A stretch of 64,000 nucleotides of DNA from Octopus sinensis (GCF_006345805.1 NC_043015.1:1116001-1180000), one strand, 5' to 3'; shown: positions 26,733-39,660, numbered from the stretch's first letter. Notes: generated from the letters alone by a model not told the origin. A program made the numbers and translations.

Positions 26733-28845
26733 ATACCTGTAAATAACATGTAATTGTGTTATCTCTTTCCCTGAAATCACTGCATTTCTGCCAAAATCTG
26801 AAGTCAATACTGCTCTTGTCATCACTGGTCATGTCTGTTTTCTTGTCACTTCTAATTTTGTAGCTGTTGTTTTCCATTTTCTTTTTCTATTCCAAGTAAG
26901 CTCGAAATGGAAAAGGTTTTCATAACTAAATACCGTAGTCATTCAAATTATATTCCACACAGCAAAATTAGGAGTATGTTTTCTTTATTTTACTATATAA
27001 TTCATATCAACCATGGAGCAGATTGTGCTGCGTGGAGAACAAAAAGTAACAGATGTCACGTTTAAACCCCATGAAGTATATTATGATATGGCTCTAACTA
27101 TGGTATTCTAGACATGGAAAGAAGTATGTGAGTATGTCAGTGTACGTCTATATAATTCGAAAGTGTGTCACAGATGTAATTAGTACGTGGTGCTTATTGA
27201 AAGATACATTATCAAATGAATACATCTTACAAAATAACACATAGTGAAAGATTTTTTTAAAGAGTTCACTTTGCGCTTTTATAAGTATGTGATATATATA
27301 TATATATAAACGGCAGTACGTCCCTTCTTCGAATCAGTGATGTTGGTTATTTGGTTGGTAGTTGGTGTGTTTGTTTGTTTCTTTGATTGATTGGTTGGTT
27401 GGCTGGTTTGTCGGGTTATTGGTTGTTGATTGGCTGTTTATGTATTTCTGGTGGAAATATGACGTCAGCAATACAAGGATGAGATAGACATATCAGGAGA
27501 TTGAAAGTGAAAGTAAATGTTGTTTATGATTGTAGTGTAATAATGAAAAAAGAATGAAAAAGATACTTACATACTCACCAATAAATCTATGGGAATGGAA
27601 TACAAATAGATAAAGAAGGAACGAAAATAACACATGAATGAATGCACTGAAGGAAATTTTAAAATAAGGTTTCAAAAATATAATTTGAAGATAACTGTAA
27701 TATAAGGGTAACTAAATCAAATAAACGTATACTAATATAGAAGTAGTTTGGTGATTCAAAATTAATGTATGTATACGTGTGAGCATGCATATATATGCAC
27801 ACATAGACACTTGTTACTAATTAGTGTTTAATGTTTTGTAAACTAGTAAACGAGTATTAGAGGGATTTGCGTATGTGCGTACACATAGTTTCGACCTCTA
27901 TGTTAAGAACAAAACTGGATATAACCACTGGTGTCCTCCCTTCTCCTTCGTTCTCTCTCGTTTCAGTTTCTACCTCTATCTCATTCTCTCGACCTAACTT
28001 CTCTTTCTCTTTCCCTCTCTCTCACTTCTTCTTCTTTCTCATTCTCCCTCCTCTCTTTCTCTCTTTCTCGCATTCCTTTGTCTCACTTATCTCTTCCGAA
28101 CGCACCTTATAGTCTTACTGAGATTGTCTTACCGTAGTCATCCTATTGAAAATCATGCTCTCTTGCTGATACGAATGCAACATTCTATAAATATAGCGCG
28201 CGAGTTCTAAGATATTTCATATCAGTAATATCAGGGAGATATGAGCATACAATGAAGATTAGAGAACCCGTGGCTAATATCATATTTGCACTGTATCAGT
28301 GTGCCTTAAAAATGTGGGTTTGAGCTATTTCTGCACTGTTTAAAAAAATATTTGAAGCTGGAACATGTAGAACATGTAGCGGGGTCGAAACTGAACCATC
28401 CTCAAGGGGAAGCGAGCTTCTTACTTACTTAGCTATTAATGCGAACACTATCTATATATCTATCTATCTTTGTAGAGAGATATACATATATAAATATTAT
28501 TATTTTGCGAATTGTCACTCGTCACCATTTTTGGAATACACGTTTGTTTGCGAAAACAACAAGGCTAAGAAATTTTAGTTCTAAAATCTAACGGAAAGAA
28601 ATGAGTGCAGACATTGGCGTAATGGCTAGCACATTATCGTGAAAATAAGAGATGTGGGTTCGAGTACTAAGCGTAAGGAAATCCCATAATGTTTTTCTGT
28701 CGAGGGGCTTCTATGCCCCAATATTAGAGTATTTTTTTAGTCAATACACAATGGTCACTTATAAGCTTTAAACCTATAAAATATTATTATTTACTGAAGT
28801 GTCACTCATTCCCACTTGAATGTTATATATATATTTATATATATA

Positions 28846-28880
<35 letters not shown>

Positions 28881-29180
28881 TGTATACATCTATATCTATA
28901 TGTATATATATATATATATATATATAATAGTGTGTGTATTTATTTTTATTTGTGTGTATATATTCATATATATTATCATACATATACATATATATGTATA
29001 TATATATATATATATATACGTACATGATTTTGGAATCTAGTTGACTGGTGATCTAAACGAATAGGTACTCTGAGTAAGTGCTGTAACTGGTTGTCAGGGA
29101 TCCAAGACTGTGACTATGAAACATTTCCTAGGCATTTCACTCGAAGATACACCCAGCACCAATATATATATATATATATA

Positions 29181-29385
29181 GGGAGAATTTACGAAAAAAA
29201 ACAGTAGACGAAGATAGGTGGTGTACAAAAAAAACAGATGTATTAATATAACGCTCAGGAATAGAAAAAAGTATTTTACGTTTCGAGCCTACGCTCTTCT
29301 ACAGAGAGGGACACAAGAAAGCAAGGAGAGAAACAAGAAGAGAAAAAAATGTGTGTAGGGGCTACTGATTTATCATGGCGACTAC
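29181..29385 (-). mobile_element. Short element family P6 with hammerhead-like motif at 29274-29308
   Basis: Minus strand: CUGUAGA A GAGC-GUAG-GCUC GAAAC GUA. Homologous to 44844-45050 and 50249-50477. Confidence 0.7.
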
Positions 29386-29386
29386 A

Positions 29387-29389
<3 letters not shown>

Positions 29390-29422
<33 letters not shown>

Positions 29423-29510
29423 TGTATGTATGTATGTATGTATGTATGTATGTATGTATGTATGTATGTATGTATGTATGTATGTATGTATGTATGTATG
29501 TATGTATATA
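29390..29510. repeat. (TATG)n tetranucleotide tract
   Basis: Direct reading. Confidence 0.95.
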
Positions 29511-30304
29511 TGCAGGTATGTATAGGACACAAAGTGCGAGATATAGACATCCGTAGATAACTGGAATAGGGAATTGTCATAGAGACCACAATATAGATTG
29601 AAAGAAAAAAATTACGTTGACGTTGATCATATCATTCGTCATCACGAGATATTATTTTTATTTTCTTTATATTTATGTCATATATTTTCTTATTTATCTC
29701 AAATTCTCCGCATCATATTACACACCGAACTCTATTCCTCTCTCCATCTTTGCCTGTTTCTTTTCTCTCTCACACATACAAACACCCCCATCATTCTTTC
29801 TCTCCATCATCGGAAGAGCCCACGCGTCACATCATCACCGTAGTGTCAAAATATATATATACGTCTTAATCAATTAATGATACCTTTCGTGAAATCTGAT
29901 TCTTCTAAAACAAAAGATGGTATTGATACTTCCAAAATGTGCTGCTACAGGTTGCATTTTGTTGCTTGCGCAGCTGCTCTATATATATTTATTTATCACA
30001 CTACTAAACAAGTCTTACGTTTCATAAGTTTCGTTTATCCATTATTCTTATGTTTTGTGCCTATTGTGATATATTCTGTCGGTATTGATTTCTTTTGTTA
30101 CGTATTGTTATGAGCTGACTTCCGTTATTTATGTTATTTTTGAAGTTGCCGTTGTTCCTGTGATGATTGTTCTCGCTTCTATAGATATGTGTTATGCAAT
30201 GTCATATATTTATGTAAGATTAGTTATTATTTATTTTGTTTATATAGCAAGTTAGTTCAGTTAATACATAATCATATACATACAGCTATACACACGTATC
30301 TATA

Positions 30305-30344
<40 letters not shown>

Positions 30345-30361
30345 TGTATATTTATACATAT

Positions 30362-30576
30362 GGAGGCGCAATGGCCTAGTGGTTAGGGCAGCGGACTTGC
30401 GGTCGGAGGATCGCGGTTTCGATTCCCAGACCGGGCGTTGTGTGTGTTTATTGAGCGAAAAAAACACCTAAAAGCTCCACGAGGCTCCGGCAGGAGGTGG
30501 TGATCCCTGCTGTACTCTTTCACCACTCTAAAGGCGGTGCTCCAGCATGGCCGCAGTCAATGACTGAAACAAGTAC

Positions 30577-30603
<27 letters not shown>
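30362..30603 (+). mobile_element. Chimeric SINE: family C head + family B 3' end + poly(A)
   Basis: ggaggcgcaatgg...tttcaccactc is joined to taaaggcggtgctccagcatggccgcagtcaatgactgaaacaagtac and then a long A run. Candidate 25-bp TSD at 30336-30360 / 30604-30628 (2 mismatches). Confidence 0.85.
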
Positions 30604-30608
<5 letters not shown>

Positions 30609-30763
30609 TGCATATATATGTATACATATATATATGTATATATATATATACATGTGTGTATGGCACACACGCACGGGCTCACACATACATGCATATATAT
30701 AGAGAGAGACATCAATGACATCATACACCCTTTACCTATCCCATATTGCCACAACTGTAAAAA

Positions 30764-30804
<41 letters not shown>

Positions 30805-30812
30805 CTACACAC

Positions 30813-30868
<56 letters not shown>

Positions 30869-31489
30869 GTAAGTTTTTGTGCATGCGTTTATCTTTGTAT
30901 GTTCTATGGAAAATTGCAAATGTCCATACGTATATATGAGTACATATGTTGTTTACAATATAACAATTAACAATTTTATACTTTATAAACAAATAAAATT
31001 TGTTTATAAATTAGAACTTCGAGATTTATGTGTTCAGAGGGAATCTGTAAACTCCAAAGTTAGTTTGCTGTGGACAAGAAAAATATTCTTTTATTCCGTT
31101 ATTTGTTTCAGTATCTGGATAGCAGCCATGCTGGGGCACTGCTTTTTCGGATTTTAGTTCAACCTACGGATACCAGTACTATTTTATAGTACTGCTAAGT
31201 GGCAGTGTTGAATACACACACGTTTATTTTGTTTGTGTATTAAGGCTACCGTTGGTTTCATGATGGGAAATGCTTCAACAATTATCGAGCGTATTGCATG
31301 GAAACTTTGGTGTTCGTCTCCATTTACTTCCGTTAATCCATCTCGTGGATTGTTAACTTTTACTGATTGCAGACAGATCAAAACGCAATATGACTACAGC
31401 GAAATTTTAACATCTTGCTTACTTCCTAGCTTATATGTAAAGATCACATAAAAAAATATTACGTAATTTCTCTTTACATATTGTTTTTC

Positions 31490-31690
31490 AAATTTAGGCA
31501 GATCAGTAATCTTATAAGACGAGTAATCCGATTACATCGGTCCCAGTACTCAACTACTATTTATTTTATAGACCCAGAAAGGATTAATATCAAAGACAGC
31601 TCGGGCATCATTTGAAGTAAGAACCTGAAGTCGAAGACATACTGCTGAACGATTTGTCCGGCATACTAACGCTTGTGTCAGCTCATGACC
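31490..31690 (-). mobile_element. Highly decayed SINE A
   Basis: Residual gattacatcg..ccagt / attttatagacccagaaagga / atttgaa motifs in the family A order. Confidence 0.55.
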
Positions 31691-32140
31691 ATAATTTATA
31701 TTTTACTCGTGTTATACTAACGTTCAATTGTTTATAGAATAGATATCCGTGTGTTAAGCAATTTCCCTGCCAACTGCAAAATTTTGAAACACTTTAAACA
31801 TTATAGTATGTGAGAAGAGTATTAACAATGAAGCATTTTGATTCGTTGAGTAAAAAAGTAAGCAAAAAAAATATATACGCTCGACATTTTGTTGCTCATT
31901 ATTGGCACAAACAGGAAATCGTACAGTCGTTCGGTCATAAGAAACCACGTTCATAATCAAACATTTTCCGACACTGAACAAAACCGATCAATCCTACATT
32001 GCTACATCAAGTAAGCAATCACCAGTGACGTCCGAATGTCCTGATGACGCTAGCTAAAAAGATAAAATTTACAAGACTACAGCCAGTAAAAGCCAAAGCC
32101 ATTTAACTCCGCAAAACTGTTCATTGCATACATATATATT

Positions 32141-32342
32141 TTTTTCTTTACTGCCCACAAGGGGCTAAACATAGAGGGGACAAACAAGGACAGACAAAGG
32201 GGTTAAGTCGATTAAATCGACCCTAGTGCGAAACTGGTACTTTATTTATCGACCCAAAAATGATGAAAGGCAAAGTCGACCTCGGCGGAATTTGAACTCA
32301 GAACTCAGCGGCGGAAGAAATACCGCTAAGCATTTCGCCCGG
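32141..32342 (-). mobile_element. SINE family A, slightly 5'-truncated (tail type 1)
   Basis: Close match to the 26501 copy. Confidence 0.9.
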
Positions 32343-32814
32343 ACAAATATGTGCCAATGTAACATTGAAAAACATTTATCACAATGAGAGAATAATCAAT
32401 AAATAACGTTATATATGACGCAATGTCTCATTTAGAAAGGAAATGTAAAATGAAATATGAGTGAAAAAATTACATAGTTAGAAAATCAAGTCGGCTTCGA
32501 GTAGCCCAAATTTTCAGACCTTTTCTGGCGCGTTGGAAATAGTGGTATTCGAAATACAGATCAAGATACTACCAAGCGGTAAGCAGGCAACAAGTATAAA
32601 TGACTAATTAGTAACCAAGCGCAAAAACAGTATCGTAAATGACATGGTTACGCATCACTATGAGCATCGTAATTTTCGTATCAACTTCTGACCAAGATCG
32701 ACGCCGCTGATATTAACATACTCATCATGAACGTCATTGTTAACGAGAGCGCTTTAGAAGCAGTAGAAGTCGGAACGAAGATAAATATCATAGAAAAACT
32801 CGTACATATAGATA

Positions 32815-32859
<45 letters not shown>

Positions 32860-33478
32860 TACATATATGGTATATATGTATGTATATATACATATATATT
32901 TATATATATATATGTATGTATGTATATATACACATATATATATTAATATGTAGTATATATAATATGTATGTATATATATATAAGTGGTGTGGTATATATA
33001 TATATAGAGAGAGAGATAGATAGATAGATAGATTAACTTATAAATACGTATAGATACACTCTTATATACACATATACGCACCTACATGTATAATCATAGA
33101 AATCATACATATACATATACATATACATACATGCATATATACAGGCATACACACATACACATATAATCTAATTCTACTCTCTTAAGAATAAGTCTGATGT
33201 ATCAAATCACGTTCTGAGAACAAAAGAAGTTCTTATATTCTATAAGACAAAATTCTCTGAAGTAGAAACAAGGGAATGTTTCTGTGACACCATCATGGTA
33301 ATTTCAACGAAAACCTCACGTTTGAGTCAAATTGATTTTCATTCAATAAGAGATGAGAGCAATTTTCTTTGGTGAAGTACCGGACAGCACAAAGTTCAAA
33401 TAACGACGTCAGTCTCACTCTCCTCCTTCTATCTCCTCTGCAATTCACTGTGTGTGCACTCACCAACAATCTCACAAC

Positions 33479-33479
<1 letters not shown>

Positions 33480-33569
<90 letters not shown>

Positions 33570-33681
33570 TATGTATACATATATATAACTATATATATGT
33601 ATATATACATATAAAATAATATATCGACCGACCGTATATATATTTATATATATAATTTTATATTATATAGATATATATATA

Positions 33682-33762
<81 letters not shown>

Positions 33763-33820
33763 AACCGTATATATATATTGGTTGATATATGTATATATAT
33801 ATGTATATTATATAGATATA
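33480..33820. repeat. (TA)n microsatellite field
   Basis: Direct reading. Confidence 0.95.
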
Positions 33821-34734
33821 TAGGGGGGTGTGTATGTGCGTATGTGTGTATGGGTGTACGTGTCTCTGCTTATATCTGTGGCTGGGTTAAGTATTTTGTT
33901 TCCAAACACTTACTTAAGAGATCTTAATATTGTCCAACATGACTTCCATACTTTTTGTAATTTCCCCTTAAGTAATTGATCGACCTACTTGTTGTTGACT
34001 CTTTCCTCGTATCATTTGGTCTATTGTTGACGCAGTTTTAATTTAGAATAATTTCTTATGTGATTATACATACATACATACATACATACACACATACATA
34101 CACATATTCACATATATGTATGGCTGTATTCGTGTGTGTGTTTCTGTGTATGCATATATGAATGTATGTATTTTTGGCAGTAATTTTTATTGATTTCTTT
34201 TTATCGTCCAGCCAATGTAATCACTCCAAATCTATCAGCCAATCAGTTGGTCAGTGAGTCAACGAATCAATCAATCAATCAATCGATATATGTAAGTATG
34301 TGTGCCGTAGAATATATGTATATTTATGTATGTATGTATATATGTATACACACACAAATTTATGTATACGTTTATGTATGTACACACACATATAGGTATA
34401 TATATATACATATATGTATGTATACACATACATATATGTATATATACACATATATAGGTATAGCTTGAGACTATGGGAGAGAAAACAAATTAGATTTAAA
34501 GATCAATCATTGTTAGTACGGATCTAAATATAGTTCCTAAATATAGTTCTTATATATACATATATACATATATACATATATATATATATTTATTGAAGTG
34601 GATAAATGAATTATCTTGTTAAGGATTATTCAAATTTAACCGATACCTGGGTAGCAGAATCTTCGTTCAGCTCCATTTCTTCCCTTCACTATATATATAT
34701 ATATATATATATTAATATATATATATATATATAT

Positions 34735-35800
34735 GCACAGTTATTCATTGGCAAATGTTACCCTTAAGGTACCATTTACAAGATATTACAGTATATTTCT
34801 ACAAATTGGAATGGCCCCTATAATTCTTCAATTCTAATATTACTAATTGCAGAGAAAACTGCATTACATGATCAACATTCTTTTCTAACTCCTCTGTGTT
34901 CAACTTTGTAACGAAGAAATAATGCATCTATCAGAGTGCAGACTTCATAAAAATTTAGACAGTTCCTTATGAGTATGTCTGGACCTCATTTCACTAATTT
35001 ATTAGAATTTCTTCAAAGGTTTGAGACAGTATGGGATAGTTAATAAACAAATTTATTGTGGTGAGTTGAATTCCGCCTCATACAACACTGCTAATTTAGT
35101 GAGTGTGACAGATAGTATTATATAATATAGCAATACACACAGTCATTTGGTTCATGTTACTCTTAAAGTTACCTCGCCAAGATATTACAGTATATTACTA
35201 CACAGTGGAGGCGCAATTGCTCAGCGGTTAGGGCAGCGGACTCCCGGTCGTAGGATCGCGGTTTCGATTCTCAGACCGGGCGTTGTGAGTGTTTATTGAG
35301 CGAAAACACCTAAAGCTCCATGAGGCTCCGGCAGGGATGGTGGTGATCCCTGCTGTACTCTTTCACCACAACTTTCTCTCACTCTTACTTCCTCTTTCTG
35401 TAAGGGTACACGTGTCTGTGGAGTGCTCAGCCACTTACACGTTAATTTCACGAGCAGGCTGTTCTGTTGAACGGATCAACCGACGGAGTGCTTCCATCCA
35501 TCCATTACTACACATTGCAGACACACCAATAATTCTTCTTATCCTAGCATTACTAATTGCATAGAATCTGCATCACCTGATCAACATTCGTTTTTAATTT
35601 CTTTGTGCTCATCATTGTAATAAAGTAGTAAAGCCTCTATCAGAGTGCAGACTTCAAAAAAAAAATTTAGACACCTTCTTATGAGTTCGTCTGAAGTAGC
35701 CAGAATTATTTATTAGTACTTCGTCATACGCTGTTGACAGTGTAAGACAGTTTAACAAATTTATTATGGTGAGACAAATCCTGCGCGAAACAACATTCTT
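34735..35800. repeat. Diverged ~400-bp tandem duplication, second unit interrupted by a SINE C
   Basis: Shared blocks such as caagatattacagtatatt, attactaattgca, tgatcaacattc, ctatcagagtgcagacttca and aacaaatttatt..ggtgag occur in both 34735-35135 and 35136-35800. Confidence 0.85.
35207..35503 (+). mobile_element. tRNA-derived SINE family C, internally deleted (tail C1)
   Basis: ggaggcgcaattgctcagcggttagggcagc... head; ends gagtgcttcca(tcca)n. TSD attactacaca at 35194-35204 / 35504-35514. Confidence 0.9.
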
Positions 35801-35989
35801 CTGTATAATTTCAGCTTCCGTAACATATATTTTTGAATGATAAGATTTTTTTCAGGTGTTGTTACTTGAAATAAAGTTAAGATACTGTACGTATCTCACC
35901 CAAATCATTTTAAAAACGTTCTGTGTGATTGATATATGCATACACATAATGAAAATTTGCCAGACTACCTCAAGCTTCTTTATATGCCC

Positions 35990-36238
35990 TACTCTTTACT
36001 CTTTTACTTCTTGCACTCATTTAACGGCGGCCATGCTGGAGCACTGTATCTAGTCGAACAAATCGATCTCAGGACTATTCATTGTAAGCCTAGTACTTAC
36101 TCTATCGGTCTCTTTGGCCGATCGGCTAAGTTACGGGGACATAAATACACCAGCATCGGTGTTGCCAAGCGATGTTGGGGGGAGAACCACAGACCAGAAA
36201 CACACACCCACACTATATATATATATTTATATATATAT

Positions 36239-36315
<77 letters not shown>

Positions 36316-36510
36316 TTATTTATATATATAAATATTTATATATATATATATATACACTTACATATATACGACGGGTTACTTTCAGTTTCCGTCTACCAAA
36401 TCCACGTAAAGGCTTTGGTCGGACCGAGGCTATAGTAGAAGACACTTGCCCAAGGTGCCACGCATGTGTTTGCTAAGCAAGATATTTACCACACAGCCAC
36501 TCCTGCGCCT
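35990..36510 (-). mobile_element. SINE family B
   Basis: Family B layout with an internal (TA)n; short deletion in the head. Confidence 0.9.
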
Positions 36511-36528
36511 GGAAAGGTAATGGTGGAC

Positions 36529-36600
36529 TGCCGTGACCAGGATCCGAACCTGGTTTACCACGGCCACAACGTGGGGTCCTAACCACCAAACGCTTACATG
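36529..36600 (-). pseudogene. tRNA-His(GTG) remnant with destroyed 5' acceptor strand
   Basis: Minus strand: cgtttggtggttaggaccccacgttgtggccgtggtaaaccaggttcggatcctggtcacggca closely matches positions 9-72 of invertebrate tRNA-His as I recall it (anticodon loop TTGTGGC). The first 8 nt (catgtaag) do not pair with tcacggc. Confidence 0.8.
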
Positions 36601-36748
36601 CTAAGGTTTACATTGGTATATTCAAATTTGTTGAATGGCGTGTAACATTCTGTGTCATTATTGCAAATTGCTGTGATTTATGTGTTCATGTGATTATATA
36701 TTACAAGTGTATTGATTACAATTAAACCTTACTTATGCGTTCTCATAT

Positions 36749-37125
36749 GTGGAAGCACTCCGTCGGTTACGACGATGAGGGTTCCGGTTGATCCGAATCA
36801 CGGAACAGCCTGCTCGTGAATTAACGGTAAGTGGCTGAGCACTCCACAGACCGTGTACCCTTAACGTAGTTCTGGGGATATTCAGCGTGACACAGACAGT
36901 GACAAGGCCGGCCCTTTGAAAATACAGGTAAACAGAAACAGGAAGTAAAGTGAGAGAAAGTTGTAGTTGAAGAGTACAGCAGGGATCACCACCATCCCTG
37001 CCGGAGCCTCGTGGAGCTTTTAGGTGTTTTCGCTCAATAAACACTCACAACGCCGGTCTGGGAATCGAAACCGCGATCCTATGACCGCGAGTCCGCTGCC
37101 CTAACCACTGGGCCATTGCGCCTCC
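36749..37125 (-). mobile_element. SINE family C, full length (tail C1)
   Basis: Minus strand starts ggaggcgcaatggcccagtggttagggcagcggactcgcggtc. Perfect 12-bp TSD gcgttctcatat at 36737-36748 / 37126-37137. Confidence 0.93.
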
Positions 37126-37387
37126 GCGTTCTCATATACAGCGTTCTTCATTCCATTTCTTTCACACTGGGTGTTACTCAAACTCACATCAGAAATGCTG
37201 TTCCTCACTAGCATACGCACATTGAACTGTCAGGCAAGGACTCATTCCCGTTTGATAAAAATTTTGTAAATCATGCGAATTTCGGGTTATGATCAGACAT
37301 GATCATCAATACCAGCAGTACTACGAATTGAATTCCTTAGCTTCATTTACCGCTTGTTGAATACCTGAGATAGAAAGTATTTTCTCC

Positions 37388-37487
37388 NNNNNNNNNNNNN
37401 NNNNNNNNNNNNNNNNNNNNNNNNNNNNNNNNNNNNNNNNNNNNNNNNNNNNNNNNNNNNNNNNNNNNNNNNNNNNNNNNNNNNNNN
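37388..37487. other. Assembly gap (100 N)
   Basis: Run of n; contiguity across it is not guaranteed. Confidence 1.
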
Positions 37488-37951
37488 ATTACATATTACA
37501 ACATGAAGTCTGGGATATTGTCATTTCCCTTTGCCTCTCATTAATATTACCTTTGTTGTTTCTGCGTTATTTTTTTTTTCATTCACTCATTAATTTGCTA
37601 TTTCCTCCAAGATTATCTGTGACCATTGATTCCGTCAACTTTGTCTAGAGAAATCCGTCCGCTGGTTAGAACTCTCTCTGGATTTCACCATCTTCATTGG
37701 GTTTTCTTGATACATTGAGTTCTATTTTCACATTATCAAGTTCTGAATTTGATCGATTTCAGACGGGTGTCGAAGGGTATATTTAATTTAATGAATCACT
37801 GATTGTTAAAACTTCTTGTGCACAAAGTTCTTTAGTCTGAAATATGTCTTGTCATTAATTTTGCTATAGTATACGATTAAAGTAATATTTGTCGATACAA
37901 ATTTTCTTATGTACTTTCTCTAATGACTTCAGTAGTAATAGTTTTACTGAG

Positions 37952-37989
<38 letters not shown>

Positions 37990-38554
37990 CGAGTGAGAGA
38001 GCAGTTCATGCCATCAAAGTGACACTGGGGTAAAATATACGAAGCCCAATATACCCATTATGACTACCCGTCTGATAAGGGTACACCAGGCACATGCATC
38101 ACAACCATATGTGCGCGACATGGTGATCTCATATCAAGATAAACAGCACATGACCTTGCAGGTGGGGCCCAGTTACAATTTTCTTCAGGTTGAGTAGCCC
38201 ATCCCGCTCAAACGGTCCCTGAATAAGGGTTGTTTAAGGTTGTTTAAGGATGTTGAAAGAACCACCCATGTTTCCAGAGGTGAATTATTCAAACCCCAAA
38301 GAATCCCTCTCAACACATGGCTATGATGCTCCCCCACTACTTCTGCTCGTGATCAGAGATGCACATATCGTCAGCCACTAAGGGACATGCTCAACTGGTT
38401 AAGGTCAAACAACTGACAAGCAACTCTGTGGTATTGAGCAGAATATTTGCTGTAGCCCATCTTTTATACCAAGACAAAACAATGTACATGATAACACTTC
38501 CAATCAGTTAAGATCAGAAGCCATGAGAGCCACTGCCTGGTACTGCATCAGGGC

Positions 38555-38555
<1 letters not shown>
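37990..38555. mobile_element. Unclassified ~570-bp element embedded in a (TTA)n tract
   Basis: Complex, GC-richer non-coding block with sharp boundaries against (tta)n on both sides; no ORF, no A/B boxes recognised. Its repeat status is inferred, as only one copy is in the window. Confidence 0.55.
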
Positions 38556-38603
<48 letters not shown>

Positions 38604-38604
38604 G

Positions 38605-39335
38605 CTATTCTGAGTTCAAATTTCGACTATATCGACTTTGCCTTTCATCCTTCGTTATCGATAAATTAAGTAACAGTTTTTTACTAGGGTCGATGTAATA
38701 AACTAGACCTCTCCTCCAAAATTTTAGGCATTGTGCCTATAGTAGAACTGATTACTATTGCTGCTGCTGTTGTTGTTGTCGATGCTGTTCTTTTAATCTC
38801 TAATGCGGAAAGCTTACAGATTAATTTTACGATCTTTCATCCTCTCGGTGTCAATGAAATAAATACCAGCCACGCACTTGGGTCGTTTTAATCGACTTGC
38901 TTCCCCTCGCAATCGGCTTGCCCCCTCACCCTTGTGCCTATCGTAGAAATGATTATTATTGTTTTTGTTGTTGTTATTTTAGTTGTTATTATTATTAAAG
39001 AAGCAAGCTGATAGAATAAGCTTTACAACCGAATTTCAAATTCTGAAGTCGACTCTATCTTTTACCATTTCGGGGTCTTTTACCATTTCTGCCAGTTTGA
39101 CCTCCAAAGTACCCGCTTAGCACTGAGGTCAATGCAATCAACTAGATGCCAATCCCCAAATTTTACTCCTTGTGCCAAATAAAAGAAATGTCCCGATAAA
39201 ACATCAAGGTGGCGGCGTCAGAAACTCAGCTGAGAAAACTCTTAGAGGCATTTATTCCAGTTCATTTCGTTGCAAGTTCAAATTCTGCAGAGAATAAGTA
39301 CCAATGAAGACTAGGATCGAAATAATCGACTTGTC
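38605..39335 (+). mobile_element. Pile-up of about four decayed SINE A fragments
   Basis: Repeated ttcaaatt / tttcatcct / aagtacc / gtcgat..aatc(g)act / ccttgtgcc motif sets at ~38605, ~38790, ~39000 and ~39200. Confidence 0.65.
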
Positions 39336-39423
39336 ACCACCTAGAAATCTTTATTAATGTTAATGCGGCGCGATTGCAGAACCTCAGATGAATAACATAA
39401 CGGCACTTCTTGTGGGGTTTCTT

Positions 39424-39660
39424 AGGCGGCGCGCTGGCAGAAACGTTAGCACGCCGGGCGAAATGCGTAGCCGTATTTCGTCTGTCGTTACGTTCTGAGT
39501 TCAAATTCCGCCGAGGTCGACTTTGCCTTTCATCCTTTCGGGGTCGATAAATTAAGTACCAGTTACGCACTGAGGTCGATGTAATCGACTTAATACCTAT
39601 GTCTGTCCTTGTTTGTCCCCTCTGTCTTTAGCTCGTTGTGGGCAATAAAGAAATAGGAAT
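39424..39660 (+). mobile_element. SINE family A, full length (tail type 1)
   Basis: aggcggcgcgctggcagaaacgttagcacgccgggcg...tgagttcaaattccgccgaggtcgactttgcctttcatcctttcggggtcgataaattaagtaccag...gggcaataaagaaatagg. Confidence 0.92.

Noticed and set aside
28605-28675. tRNA-like A/B boxes (tggcgtaatgg ... gggttcgagt)
   Set aside because: No cloverleaf; most likely a decayed SINE head, and too degenerate to assign.
32041-32047. Isolated CTGATGA (also near 6890)
   Set aside because: No stem II or GAAAC at a suitable distance; not a hammerhead.
36725-37370. ~90-codon hydrophobic open frame appearing when the SINE C is removed (NLTYAFSYTAFFIPF...)
   Set aside because: No start, splice or family motif that I can verify; frames of this length occur by chance.
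38495-38555. Resemblance to U2 snRNA pieces (atcagttaagatc; cctggtactgca, like stem-loop IV)
   Set aside because: Matches are short, non-contiguous and partly explained by a small hairpin; no Sm site or U2 5' end.
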